Of a DNA stretch of 64,000 bases, positions 51,607-60,427 are shown one piece after another (the stretch's first letter is position 1; each line of letters starts with the position of its first letter). Both the position numbers and the translations under genes were made by a program. The stretch comes from an uncultured Desulfuromonas sp. (GTDB taxonomy: Bacteria > Desulfobacterota > Desulfuromonadia > Desulfuromonadales > Desulfuromonadaceae), in assembly GCA_964411865.1 (NCBI GenBank), contig CAYPNO010000001.1, forward strand, positions 13,197 through 77,196. Direction: 5' to 3'. The notes beneath the pieces are model-generated. The model saw only the letters and a list, made by a program, of their open reading frames with translations, was not told where the DNA came from and did no database searches.

Positions 51607-52980
51607 TTAAAAAGTCTTTCTGGTACCACCCTTTTTGAGTGGTACTGTCGCAGGCCATTCCCCTGCCGGGTTGGGCACAAACGAGCCGTGATAGTGGCAA
51701 ATTTCACAGCGAATAGCAGGGGGCCTTCCTCCCCCGCCGTCGGAGCCCTCCGCATAATGACACCCGCATCCGGAGACTTGCGATCCCGCATATGGGCTTA
51801 AATTCCCCTGGCCGTGATGCTGCAATTTCCAGTCATTGACGCTGCCTGTACCCAGCATCGAATCATCCTTATGGCACTGGCGGCATTGATTACCGCGTCC
51901 GTCGCTTTCGCTGGCGGTGATAGTCAGTGGCTCACCATTAATGGAGCGCCGTACTAAAAATGGATAGGGTGAACCGTGGGGCTCATGACAGTCGAGGCAA
52001 CTGAGCACATAGTTGCTTTTTCCTCCGGAAGCGTACGGTTCGCGCAGCCAAGTTTCCCCTGTACGGGAGGACTGACCGTGCTTGTCCCCCCCGGTTGAAC
52101 CATCTGTATTGCTCCAGTTGATCATGGTAAGGTAGTCACGCTTATTCCTACCGTTGATGGCAGGCTTGTCTACCCCATGACAATCGTTGCAAAAAGTTAC
52201 GTAGTCGGGAACCAGATCGGGAGCAGAATTGAGTATACCCCCCGGTTCGTATCTCGTTGTGGAATGGCTGAAGAATGGGGCCTGATACCCACCGTATTTG
52301 TTCATGGTTTCGTCGATGTCACCACCGCCGTCGCCCCACAGATTCTCGTGATCAGACGGAAGAGAGATGGCAGTGAAAGTCGGATCTTTTACCGCGCTTA
52401 TATTGCGCCGAGCTCGGTGCGGGTTATGACAGGCCACACAAGGGTTTGAATCTTCTTTGAACCAGGCAAAGTTCTGTGCCGCATACTCTTGGATACCCAA
52501 CAGGTTGTGGTATGAATTCTCCGCGCCGCTGGTGTGGTTGAAATGCTGTAGTATCCCTTCGTCGGTCCCTGCATCGTAACCACCAAAGGTTTCTGCGTAG
52601 TCATGATTTAACAGTACACCGCCCACTTGTTGGGAAGAAGATGCCGCATGGCACTGAAAACAAAAATTATCCTCCTGGGCATAAGTAGCAGCCGCTGCTG
52701 CGCGATTGAAATTTGCACTGAACAGGGCAAACCCACCGGCAGTGGCGCTGACCGGAGCTGGTTGTTCTCCGCCGACACTGGCATGCTGCTCATGACAGTG
52801 GGCACAGTTGCCCTGAGTATATGCATCTGGCATGCTGGTGCGTAGCACTCCATGAGAGGGATCGCCGTGGGCTGAATCTGCATAAGCCCCAGCATACACA
52901 CAAGAGGTGCCCAAAAGGAAAGCAACGACAACAAGGCAAATCCTCAGACCGATAAACACCCACACATCTCGCGTTACCAT
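51607..52980 (-). CDS. Multihaem c-type cytochrome (7 CxxCH plus one CGCH)
   Basis: Signal anchor. CAHCH, CFQCH, CVACH, CNDCH, CLDCH, CRQCH, CEICH, plus CGCH at 51757-51768. Trimmed to the ATG at 52980, 13 nt after the upstream stop. Confidence 0.8.
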   Translation of the reverse strand: MVTRDVWVFIGLRICLVVVAFLLGTSCVYAGAYADSAHGDPSHGVLRTSMPDAYTQGNCAHCHEQHASVGGEQPAPVSATAGGFALFSANFNRAAAAATYAQEDNFCFQCHAASSSQQVGGVLLNHDYAETFGGYDAGTDEGILQHFNHTSGAENSYHNLLGIQEYAAQNFAWFKEDSNPCVACHNPHRARRNISAVKDPTFTAISLPSDHENLWGDGGGDIDETMNKYGGYQAPFFSHSTTRYEPGGILNSAPDLVPDYVTFCNDCHGVDKPAINGRNKRDYLTMINWSNTDGSTGGDKHGQSSRTGETWLREPYASGGKSNYVLSCLDCHEPHGSPYPFLVRRSINGEPLTITASESDGRGNQCRQCHKDDSMLGTGSVNDWKLQHHGQGNLSPYAGSQVSGCGCHYAEGSDGGGGRPPAIRCEICHYHGSFVPNPAGEWPATVPLKKGGTRKTF

Positions 52981-52993
52981 ACAACAAACCTCA

Positions 52994-54142
52994 TTAATTT
53001 TTGTTGCTGTGACATTCGGTACACAATCCACCCGTAGCACTGCCAGCGTAGTTCCAGCGCATCGCTTTGTAATATTTACTGCCGTGGGCGCGGTGGCAAG
53101 AGACACATGTGACGATGGTGTCTTTGCTAAAAGTCACACTATTTTTTACCGTACTCACGGTTTCACTCGCCACCGGCACGGCCTGATTGTAGCTTTTTCC
53201 CGCACCGCCATAGTTGCGGTACTCACTTGAAACACCAGTTTTACCCATATCGTAATCAGTAGGATGACGTAACCACGGCGATGCAGTACCAACATTCCCT
53301 GCACCACTGTGATACGCACCGTGGCAGCGCGCACACAGGCTACTAATGGTGTTGGTGTTACTGCCCCCAGGATTATCTACCCCCTTATACTGGTTATGCG
53401 CGTCTGCTGTCGGGTGGAACTCCCAGTTTGGGTCTTCATAGCCCTCTATCCCCACCAAAAAACGGTATCCAGCTGCCGGAGCATTGCCTGGGTTAATACG
53501 CGCCCCGCCGAGATCGCCATGATGCGCCCCGTGGATGGCACTGGTCTGTGATGCTTCGGCATGGGTACCGTGGCAACCATATACACCAGCGCAGGTAACT
53601 TGCTGCTCGCTCGGCCATATCCCCCCGCCTGGTCTACTGCCGTCAGCAGCAGCACGGCCTCCATCAAAGCCGGGTGGGGTATGGAGGATACTGTCAGCAT
53701 TGGTCAAACCAGCGACATTGTGACCTGTCGCATCCCCACCAACAGCTCCGTAAACTGGCTGAGTCACCCAGTAAAAGCTCCCTCCCGCCAGGGTGGTGGT
53801 ATCGGTTCCGGTACCATTTGCACCATAGGTGGGAGCGGTGGACGTCACAAAGGGGGTATCGCCACCGAACTCATTGGTGCCGGTATGGCATCCGCCGCAA
53901 TCGCTGCGCAATAATGCCTGGTGCGGCCCACCTTCATCCCACTCAGAGAGAACACTATTGTTCTGGCTATAGTGCATGGAGTGACAGTCGGAGCATGGAC
54001 CACTGACGCGCGCATGCACGGGCGCAGCCCAAAACGGCAGATACACAAGCAACGCCAATAGACCAGCAACAAGATCCAGCCTTGCACACAGCGCCGTGCG
54101 GATACGGTGGCAGCCGTTTATGTGTGTGCCTGATCCAGACAT
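52994..54142 (-). CDS. OmcS-family hexahaem c-type cytochrome (paralogue 2)
   Basis: CSDCH, CGGCH, CAGVYGCH, CARCH, CVSCH, CTECH. Shares GGSFYWV, GHNV, YRFL, WLRHPTDYDMG, CVSCHRAHGS and a C-terminal CTECHSNKN with paralogue 1. Start ATG 54142, with AAGGGAG 5 nt upstream. Confidence 0.8.
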   Translation of the reverse strand: MSGSGTHINGCHRIRTALCARLDLVAGLLALLVYLPFWAAPVHARVSGPCSDCHSMHYSQNNSVLSEWDEGGPHQALLRSDCGGCHTGTNEFGGDTPFVTSTAPTYGANGTGTDTTTLAGGSFYWVTQPVYGAVGGDATGHNVAGLTNADSILHTPPGFDGGRAAADGSRPGGGIWPSEQQVTCAGVYGCHGTHAEASQTSAIHGAHHGDLGGARINPGNAPAAGYRFLVGIEGYEDPNWEFHPTADAHNQYKGVDNPGGSNTNTISSLCARCHGAYHSGAGNVGTASPWLRHPTDYDMGKTGVSSEYRNYGGAGKSYNQAVPVASETVSTVKNSVTFSKDTIVTCVSCHRAHGSKYYKAMRWNYAGSATGGLCTECHSNKN

Positions 54143-54187
54143 AAGCACTCCCTTAAGTTCCTTAGCTTCTGTACTGTTCAAACGCTA

Positions 54188-55069
54188 TTAGCGCCTGAAC
54201 AAATCCACGCAGCGATTGACCTCGTCGAGAATCGCAAGAGCTCCACTGCCGCGAGCAGAATCAAGGAACAGGATCTGACGCGGGGCACTGAAACGCCCAA
54301 GGCGGTTGCCGCGTGCCCCGATGCTGTACAAGTGGCGCCCTGCAGGGGAAAAAATCAGCACCTGACACAACCCACGATCGGCTATGAACAATTGCCCCTG
54401 CGGGCTGCGCTCCAGCGCGGACGGGCGTTTAAGATCGTACTGTAATGCGATGCGCTCCCCTTTACTTTCGCTTGCGCCACTGGGATCGACCTGCACAACA
54501 CTGGCGTCAGCCTGTAACAACCAGAGCTTTCCTGATGCGCTCACAACATCAACGCAATTACTCCCATAGCGTCCGCGCACGCTGAGGCTGTCATCCAGCG
54601 CGAGGACATTACCGCTGAGGCGGTCGAGAACCATCAAACCCACTTCCGGATGCCACACCACCTTCTCTGGCAGCATGGCGTTTGCCCCCGTGAGGGGAAA
54701 AGGGAAACGTTCTAGGCGCTGCTCTTCGGGGACTAGTCGCGCCAACGCATTGGCTTTGCGGTCTACGAACCAGAAGCGTCCGGAGCGCTGCAGAGTGATG
54801 GAGACTGGGGTACCAAGATCGCCTCCGGCATCGAAGTCGGAGAGATGCTGCCCGTCGAGATTGAAGGCATGCAGTTTCCCTGCCAGTCCGTCCGCTATAT
54901 AGATGCGCTCCCGCTGTGAATCAAAAACCATCGCCAGGGCAGACTCAAGACGCACGCCGGATTGCGGATCGGGAGCGCGCCACTGGCTGATCCATGCAGC
55001 AGCGGAGGCCGGTATTGGGAAAATACAACAATAGAGCAGCAGAGCGATTATTACCTGTGAATATCTCAT
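54188..55069 (-). CDS. NHL-repeat beta-propeller protein, secreted
   Basis: Signal peptide MRYSQVIIALLLYCCIFPIPASA. NHL-like repeats (RIYIADGLAGKLHAFNLDG, LFIADRGLCQVLIFSPAG). The track ORF extends spuriously into the upstream gene, so it was trimmed to the ATG at 55069. Confidence 0.75.
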   Translation of the reverse strand: MRYSQVIIALLLYCCIFPIPASAAAWISQWRAPDPQSGVRLESALAMVFDSQRERIYIADGLAGKLHAFNLDGQHLSDFDAGGDLGTPVSITLQRSGRFWFVDRKANALARLVPEEQRLERFPFPLTGANAMLPEKVVWHPEVGLMVLDRLSGNVLALDDSLSVRGRYGSNCVDVVSASGKLWLLQADASVVQVDPSGASESKGERIALQYDLKRPSALERSPQGQLFIADRGLCQVLIFSPAGRHLYSIGARGNRLGRFSAPRQILFLDSARGSGALAILDEVNRCVDLFRR

Positions 55070-55079
55070 AGTCTTACCT

Positions 55080-56270
55080 TTAATATCCCGGATGGCACGG
55101 CAGACACAGGCCGCGCTCGCGCCCTCCGCGTAGATTATGTTCAAACATAGTTCCGGTACACGGCGAGTGACACGAGATGCAATCCATCGGAGTGCCGGTG
55201 CGGGGGTCAAGTGAGTCCTCACCGATGGGATGGGTAAAGGTGCTGTGTTCACCGTGACAGGATTCGCAAGCTCCTGCCATGGCGCCGCGCAGCATATAGG
55301 GCTCATCGGAGCCGTGTCCGGCGTGGCAGTCGCTGCAGTGGTTGGCCTGCGGATGAACATGGAGCGCTTGCTTGCGGCGCTCGAGCTTGTCGGCGTGGCA
55401 GCTGCGACACACGCTACCGGCAATCCCTTTTAATAGCCCAGTCTGACTGCTGACATGTGGGCTGTGGCATGCAGTACAGCTCGAATTTCCTTTGCTTTGC
55501 AGATGGGTGTGCACTTGCTGGAACTGGGGCAACACTTGAGAGTGACAGGAGAGGCAGCGCCCATCTGCGCTGGAACCTTTGTGACAAGCAGAGCAGTTGC
55601 CTGTGGCAAAGGGCTTATGTTGCAGAGGGCGCAGCAGGGATTTCTCTGTACTGGCATGGGGATGATGACACTCCAAACAGTTCATCCCCTGCGCCTTGCG
55701 CCCGCTGTGACGCTGCTGCCAAGCAGAATTGGTTTTATGACACCCGAGGCACAATTCAGAATCCTCGCTTCGCAGCAAGCCCTGATGCTCACTGCCGTGG
55801 ACGGCATGGCAACTGGCACACTGCCCTTTTTTAAAGGGGGCGTGCCGTTTTCCTTGAGTGACGCTCAGGCTGGTATGACATGCGGCGCACACCTCTTTCT
55901 GCTGATCCTTGAGCAACCCTTTGAAAGCACTGGCATGGGGAGCATGACAACTGGTGCATTCCCCCTTATGTACCGGGCTGTGGGTGTAGGCGCTCTTTGT
56001 CCAGGCTTCTGTTACCTCGGCATGGCAGCCGTTGCACAACTGCGCCTCCGATTGCTGCAACAAGCCAGCGTGGCGGGAGGCGTGCAGACTATGGCAAGAG
56101 TCGCAGCGGTTACGCGCCACAGGTTCATGCTCATAGGTCCCTTTGAAGTTGATGCTGTCATGACACTGGACACAGTTAAGCGCCAGACTCACGCAGGCAG
56201 GAAAGAGCACAAGTGCAATTACTGTGAGGAGGATCTTCCACCTGCTGCATCTGTAATTTCGATACATCAT
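55080..56270 (-). CDS. Multihaem c-type cytochrome, 16 CxxCH
   Basis: I counted 16 CxxCH motifs in about 396 aa, with an N-terminal signal anchor. The start ATGATG overlaps the TGA of the upstream gene. Confidence 0.88.
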   Translation of the reverse strand: MMYRNYRCSRWKILLTVIALVLFPACVSLALNCVQCHDSINFKGTYEHEPVARNRCDSCHSLHASRHAGLLQQSEAQLCNGCHAEVTEAWTKSAYTHSPVHKGECTSCHAPHASAFKGLLKDQQKEVCAACHTSLSVTQGKRHAPFKKGQCASCHAVHGSEHQGLLRSEDSELCLGCHKTNSAWQQRHSGRKAQGMNCLECHHPHASTEKSLLRPLQHKPFATGNCSACHKGSSADGRCLSCHSQVLPQFQQVHTHLQSKGNSSCTACHSPHVSSQTGLLKGIAGSVCRSCHADKLERRKQALHVHPQANHCSDCHAGHGSDEPYMLRGAMAGACESCHGEHSTFTHPIGEDSLDPRTGTPMDCISCHSPCTGTMFEHNLRGGRERGLCLPCHPGY

Positions 56271-58189
56271 TTGTTTTTCTCCGCATGGCAGGACGCGCAT
56301 TTGCCGTCGGCAAACGGGGTGTGCTGAACCGGGAATAACAGTGAAGCTGTCGGACCGCCGTGGCTGTCGTGACAGGTGGTACAGTTCTGCACCGAGAGCG
56401 GTATGTCGCCGTGGCTTTGAGCCATTTCAGGGGTATCGACTTGATGGCAACTGGTGCAAATCTGCGCAAGCGGACGTACGAGTAGAGCGGCATGGTCTCC
56501 GCCATGGCTGACATGGCACGCAGCACACTCCCCCTCTACGGCAGGCTTATGCCCACTACCTGCCTCCCAGAAATCATCTACCTGCTGATGACATCCGAGG
56601 CACAATCCGGGTTTTTCGCGGCGCAAATATCCCGAGATAGCACTGCCATGCGACTGATGACATGCGCTACAGCGCTGGGTGGCAAAGGGCTGATGCTCAT
56701 ATGCATTGGCGCCAGGCTTGGCCGTGGCGTGACAGGTAAAGCACGCCTCCCCTTCGGGCTGATTGAGCAAAAATGGATGCTCACCTGCGTGGGGCTGATG
56801 ACAATCACGACATTTACCGCGCTCGAACGGCGGATGCCCGTAACCTGCCCCATAGTCAGCTGTAGTGTTTTCATGGCATTGCAAGCATAGCTGTAGCTCT
56901 ACTGCCTCCAGCAACGCAGGCTGTGCTGCCCCATGCGGAGCATGACATGCGCTGCATTTACCCTGAAGCAGAGGAGCGTGTACCGACGGTGCTGCCATAT
57001 CTTGCCGTACCCCAGAATGGCAGCTACTGCAGAGCTTATCTTGCGCAGTTACAAGCAAGGCGGGGGCACCCGCCGCGTGCATGCGATGGCAGCGGCGACA
57101 GTCATTTTGTTGTACAGGGGGATGCTTCACCGTGGTTGCGCGCTCTGGATAAGCGTGACATTTTAGACAAACCGCGCTAGCTGGGGCACGGAGCAGATTG
57201 TCGGCTCCCGCTGCGGCATGATGCGGGGCGTGACATTCGAGACAGTCGCTCTCACCCGCGTCAGGGTGATGCGCCCCGCCAACGCGGATCTCCGGATGAC
57301 ACCCAAGGCACAGGCTACTGCTATCAGTTTTAAGCAGAGACGGAGAATCACTGGCGTGCGGCACATGGCAGGCGGAACAGTTGCCCTCCACCACCGGAGC
57401 ATGCCCCTGATTGAGCTGCGCCTGTTGCTGCACCGTGGCATGACAAAGGGAACAGAGTCGATCTGCGGGGGCTTGGGTGACAGCACTGTTGGACTGGTGA
57501 CAATCGGTGCAATCCCCATTGGCAACAGGTGTATGTACAGAACGCCGCCACAGGGCTGGAGTTCTACCACCATGTGAATCATGACATTCAGAGCAACCTG
57601 CAAGCGGAATCCCTCCATGGGCGGCATTCAAACCCTCGGGTGCGTGACAGGTCGCGCACAGTAGGGTCTCGCTCTGAAGTAGAAGCATAGCTGCGCTGCT
57701 ACTGTGGGGGGCATGGCAGGTGCCACACCCTTGCTGTACGGGGGGATGGATCTGGGCTACCTTGGAGTCAAATCCGGTGCGTGGATGGCATTCAAAACAC
57801 AACTGTTGCGGTGCTACAGGGTGTAGCTTTGCATGCTCGCTCCCGTGGGGGATATGACACCCAGCGCAGTTACCTTCTTTCACCGGTTGGTGCACATTGC
57901 TGAGCAATTGTGACGGACGGAGCTGTTCATGGCAGGAATAGCATACCTCCGGCACCGGTTTGAGCAGATACGCTCCTCCGATAATACCGTGATTACGGTG
58001 ACAAGCGCTGCAATTGTTCTTTTGTGCCGGCTCATGGGGAACCGACTGTTGCGCGATAGATTTAAATTCTTCGTGACATTCAAGGCAGTTTTTCTGGATG
58101 GCGAAGCGTCGCTGCTTGCGTGGGGTACAGGAACACATCAACGCCATCAACACCATCGCCGTTAGTATAAAAAATAGATTACGCCTCAT
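56267..58189 (-). CDS. Multihaem c-type cytochrome, 26 CxxCH
   Basis: I counted 26 CxxCH motifs in about 640 aa, arranged as repeating c7/c3-like units (...H.PV..G.C..CH.PH...). Signal with a possible lipobox (LMCSC). Start ATG 58189, with GGAGG 6 nt upstream. Confidence 0.88.
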   Translation of the reverse strand: MRRNLFFILTAMVLMALMCSCTPRKQRRFAIQKNCLECHEEFKSIAQQSVPHEPAQKNNCSACHRNHGIIGGAYLLKPVPEVCYSCHEQLRPSQLLSNVHQPVKEGNCAGCHIPHGSEHAKLHPVAPQQLCFECHPRTGFDSKVAQIHPPVQQGCGTCHAPHSSSAAMLLLQSETLLCATCHAPEGLNAAHGGIPLAGCSECHDSHGGRTPALWRRSVHTPVANGDCTDCHQSNSAVTQAPADRLCSLCHATVQQQAQLNQGHAPVVEGNCSACHVPHASDSPSLLKTDSSSLCLGCHPEIRVGGAHHPDAGESDCLECHAPHHAAAGADNLLRAPASAVCLKCHAYPERATTVKHPPVQQNDCRRCHRMHAAGAPALLVTAQDKLCSSCHSGVRQDMAAPSVHAPLLQGKCSACHAPHGAAQPALLEAVELQLCLQCHENTTADYGAGYGHPPFERGKCRDCHQPHAGEHPFLLNQPEGEACFTCHATAKPGANAYEHQPFATQRCSACHQSHGSAISGYLRREKPGLCLGCHQQVDDFWEAGSGHKPAVEGECAACHVSHGGDHAALLVRPLAQICTSCHQVDTPEMAQSHGDIPLSVQNCTTCHDSHGGPTASLLFPVQHTPFADGKCASCHAEKNK

Positions 58190-59783
58190 GCGCCACCTCC
58201 GCATGAACCTTCTTCCATACGCGCTGATCTACCTCGATGGTGGAGGCCTCTCGCAGGCGTGAATGCAGGAGTTCTAGCGCCGCATGGCGCTTCTGTTGTT
58301 CCAGTTCGGTGCGCAGCTGTGCGGATACCTGCTCCAGTGGCTGTATCTGCTCCTGCGCACGATGAATAAGCCTAAAGAAATACACCCTATCGCCAATATC
58401 GAGCGCTCCGCTCTGACCTGGAGACAGCCCTTGGAGTGCGACCTGCATAGCTTCGGGTTCGTCCTGCGGATTAACCCAACGCGTGGATACCCCCTCTGGT
58501 GCCAGTGGGCGCACCACTTCATCGAACGCCATCCCTTGTTGTAATTTCTGCCTCAGTTGTTGCGCCAGCCTGACTTCACGCGTCTCAATTTGTGCCATAT
58601 AGAGCACTTCTGGGGTGGTGAAACGTTGCAACTGTTCTACGTACGCCTGCTCTATCTCGGCTGCACTCGCTTCTAGTTCCTGGGGTTTCAGCACCATCTG
58701 CTCCAATTCCCTAACCAAACGGTATTGAGTATAAAAGGAGTAGACCTCTTTGAACGGAACGCGTTGTTCGTAGTGACGTTGCAACGCTTCGAAACCCGTG
58801 AGTGTTTGCGCCACCATATCGCGCACCACTATATCCAGCGCTTGGGGATAGGTAAAATCATTCCGCGTGCTGGCGCGTTTTTCACATTCTTCCAGCGCGG
58901 ATTGATGTAGTAATTCTAAGGGGATATCTCCACCATCAAAAGAAATACCGGTCTTGCCTTCAAGATCAGAAGGGACTCCATCCTCGCTCAAAGCTTCAAT
59001 ATGCTCAGTATAAATTTTTACTGTGTATTTTTCCTTTAATTGAGCCATTAAATCACGATTTAGCTGCGCGCGCTTCTCTTTGCGCCACTGCTTTTCTAGG
59101 GCGGAACGCACGTGGGCGAAGTGTTTAGAATCAAAAGCGTGCTCCTCCTCCACAAATATCAGGTTCCACTGGTCGTGCCATGCGAATGGAGCACCCCAGT
59201 AGCCGGCCTCCAACTGGACTATCTGTTCCCATACGACAGCATCTAGACGTTCGGCATAGGCTTGTTCTAGGCGTGCCAGTCGTTCATTAGGCTCAAATCC
59301 CATCTCTGTCAAAACGTCCTGCGCTGACTGTGTAACAACCGCAGCATGAAACTCACGCGCCTGCTCCTCAGTATCAAGGTGCACAGCCAACAAGGTAAAA
59401 CGGGGGAGATATCTGCCTGAATACAACTGGCGCAGCTCTGCTTCAGACGGGGTCCCAACCTTTCCGAGGATCTCCTCCTCGCGCAATAGCATAAGTGAAC
59501 GAACCTTGAGGAACACCCCCACCTTGCGCTGATATTCAGGGCGAGTATATAACTCCATGGCCTCAGCTTCCTGCACCTTAAGCTGAAAATCTATGAATGA
59601 ATCAGGAGTCTCTGGTACCTCCATCTCCGGCTCACGCCATTGCTGCCACCAGGAAACATACTCGGCATTAGAGTATTCCTGCTGGTTTATAGTTACCAAA
59701 ATGTTGCTATCCCAGAACCAAGCAAAAGCTGGATTGGTCCAGAAGAGCAGGGTGAGGAGTATATATCCTAAACATAAACGCAT
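58179..59783 (-). CDS. SurA/PpiD-like periplasmic chaperone with degenerate parvulin-like domain
   Basis: Signal peptide LLTLLFWTNPAFA. Long helical SurA-N-like regions. The C-terminal LSPGQSGALDIGDRVYFFRLIHRAQ resembles the end of a parvulin PPIase domain, but catalytic residues are not evident. Confidence 0.6.
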   Translation of the reverse strand: MRLCLGYILLTLLFWTNPAFAWFWDSNILVTINQQEYSNAEYVSWWQQWREPEMEVPETPDSFIDFQLKVQEAEAMELYTRPEYQRKVGVFLKVRSLMLLREEEILGKVGTPSEAELRQLYSGRYLPRFTLLAVHLDTEEQAREFHAAVVTQSAQDVLTEMGFEPNERLARLEQAYAERLDAVVWEQIVQLEAGYWGAPFAWHDQWNLIFVEEEHAFDSKHFAHVRSALEKQWRKEKRAQLNRDLMAQLKEKYTVKIYTEHIEALSEDGVPSDLEGKTGISFDGGDIPLELLHQSALEECEKRASTRNDFTYPQALDIVVRDMVAQTLTGFEALQRHYEQRVPFKEVYSFYTQYRLVRELEQMVLKPQELEASAAEIEQAYVEQLQRFTTPEVLYMAQIETREVRLAQQLRQKLQQGMAFDEVVRPLAPEGVSTRWVNPQDEPEAMQVALQGLSPGQSGALDIGDRVYFFRLIHRAQEQIQPLEQVSAQLRTELEQQKRHAALELLHSRLREASTIEVDQRVWKKVHAEVAHEA

Positions 59784-59815
59784 GTAACGTTCTCCTGTAG
59801 TTGTTTATCGGCGAA

Positions 59816-60427
59816 TCAGGAGTTACACCCGACCTGCCCTTGTTCAACCCATTTCGCGATTAACTCCCGCGTCATTCTTGCCGCAAGCTCTGTGTAACTA
59901 TAAACCACGCCATAATGCATAAGGCTGCGGTAATCGTCACCCCGGCGTGAATAGAACACCTGACTAATCAGGCTCCCGTCTACTTTAAGCAGTTCGATCT
60001 GCAGAGTTATAAGTGGCACTTTTGTATTACTGTCAGCGTACTCTTGAGTGAAGGTAAGCACCTTGCCCCGAATGTAGCCATCAACCTGCAGCTCTCCCGC
60101 CATGCCCTCGAAAACGGAAGCCGGAGCACTGTATATCTCGCTAGGGAAAGTCTGACTTCGCCGTAAAACACTTCGCATATCCGCAGGGTTGCACACCTGC
60201 ATCTGGGGCGCAGCAATAAGCTCGGTGACCATGGTGCGATAACATAAGGTTGCGGCAGTACTGTTTTCAGTTTCATTCAGCAGTGGCAAAAGCGCCACGC
60301 GACACAAACGTGGCTGCAGTTGTGGTGCCACAGTGTATACATACTCCCCACCCCTGGTGCATCCGACTATACTGCAGAGCAGCAACAGAACCACTGTACG
60401 CGCCACTATTAAAAACCGCTGTTCCAT
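59816..60427 (-). CDS. Lipoprotein, CsgG-N/LpoB-fold-like
   Basis: Lipobox LLCSIVGC. RVALLPLLNETENS motif right after the signal. 203 aa. Confidence 0.65.
   Translation of the reverse strand: MEQRFLIVARTVVLLLLCSIVGCTRGGEYVYTVAPQLQPRLCRVALLPLLNETENSTAATLCYRTMVTELIAAPQMQVCNPADMRSVLRRSQTFPSEIYSAPASVFEGMAGELQVDGYIRGKVLTFTQEYADSNTKVPLITLQIELLKVDGSLISQVFYSRRGDDYRSLMHYGVVYSYTELAARMTRELIAKWVEQGQVGCNS

Noticed and set aside
51607-55423. N-terminal extensions of track ORFs 51607-53106, 52994-54181 and 54188-55423 that overlap the upstream genes by 39-354 nt
   Set aside because: The extensions lack signal peptides and run through the upstream coding sequence. Internal ATGs at 52980, 54142 and 55069 sit just after the upstream stops, have RBS-like sequences, and immediately precede signal peptides.
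50276-58544. Many long ORFs antisense or out of frame in the GC-rich cytochrome block (e.g. 50507-51082, 52907-53230, 53561-54006, 55455-56327, 56176-56526, 57163-57627)
   Set aside because: High G+C suppresses stop codons. Every one overlaps a gene with signal peptide and CxxCH or repeat evidence, and their products are Arg/Ala/Pro-rich with no motifs.
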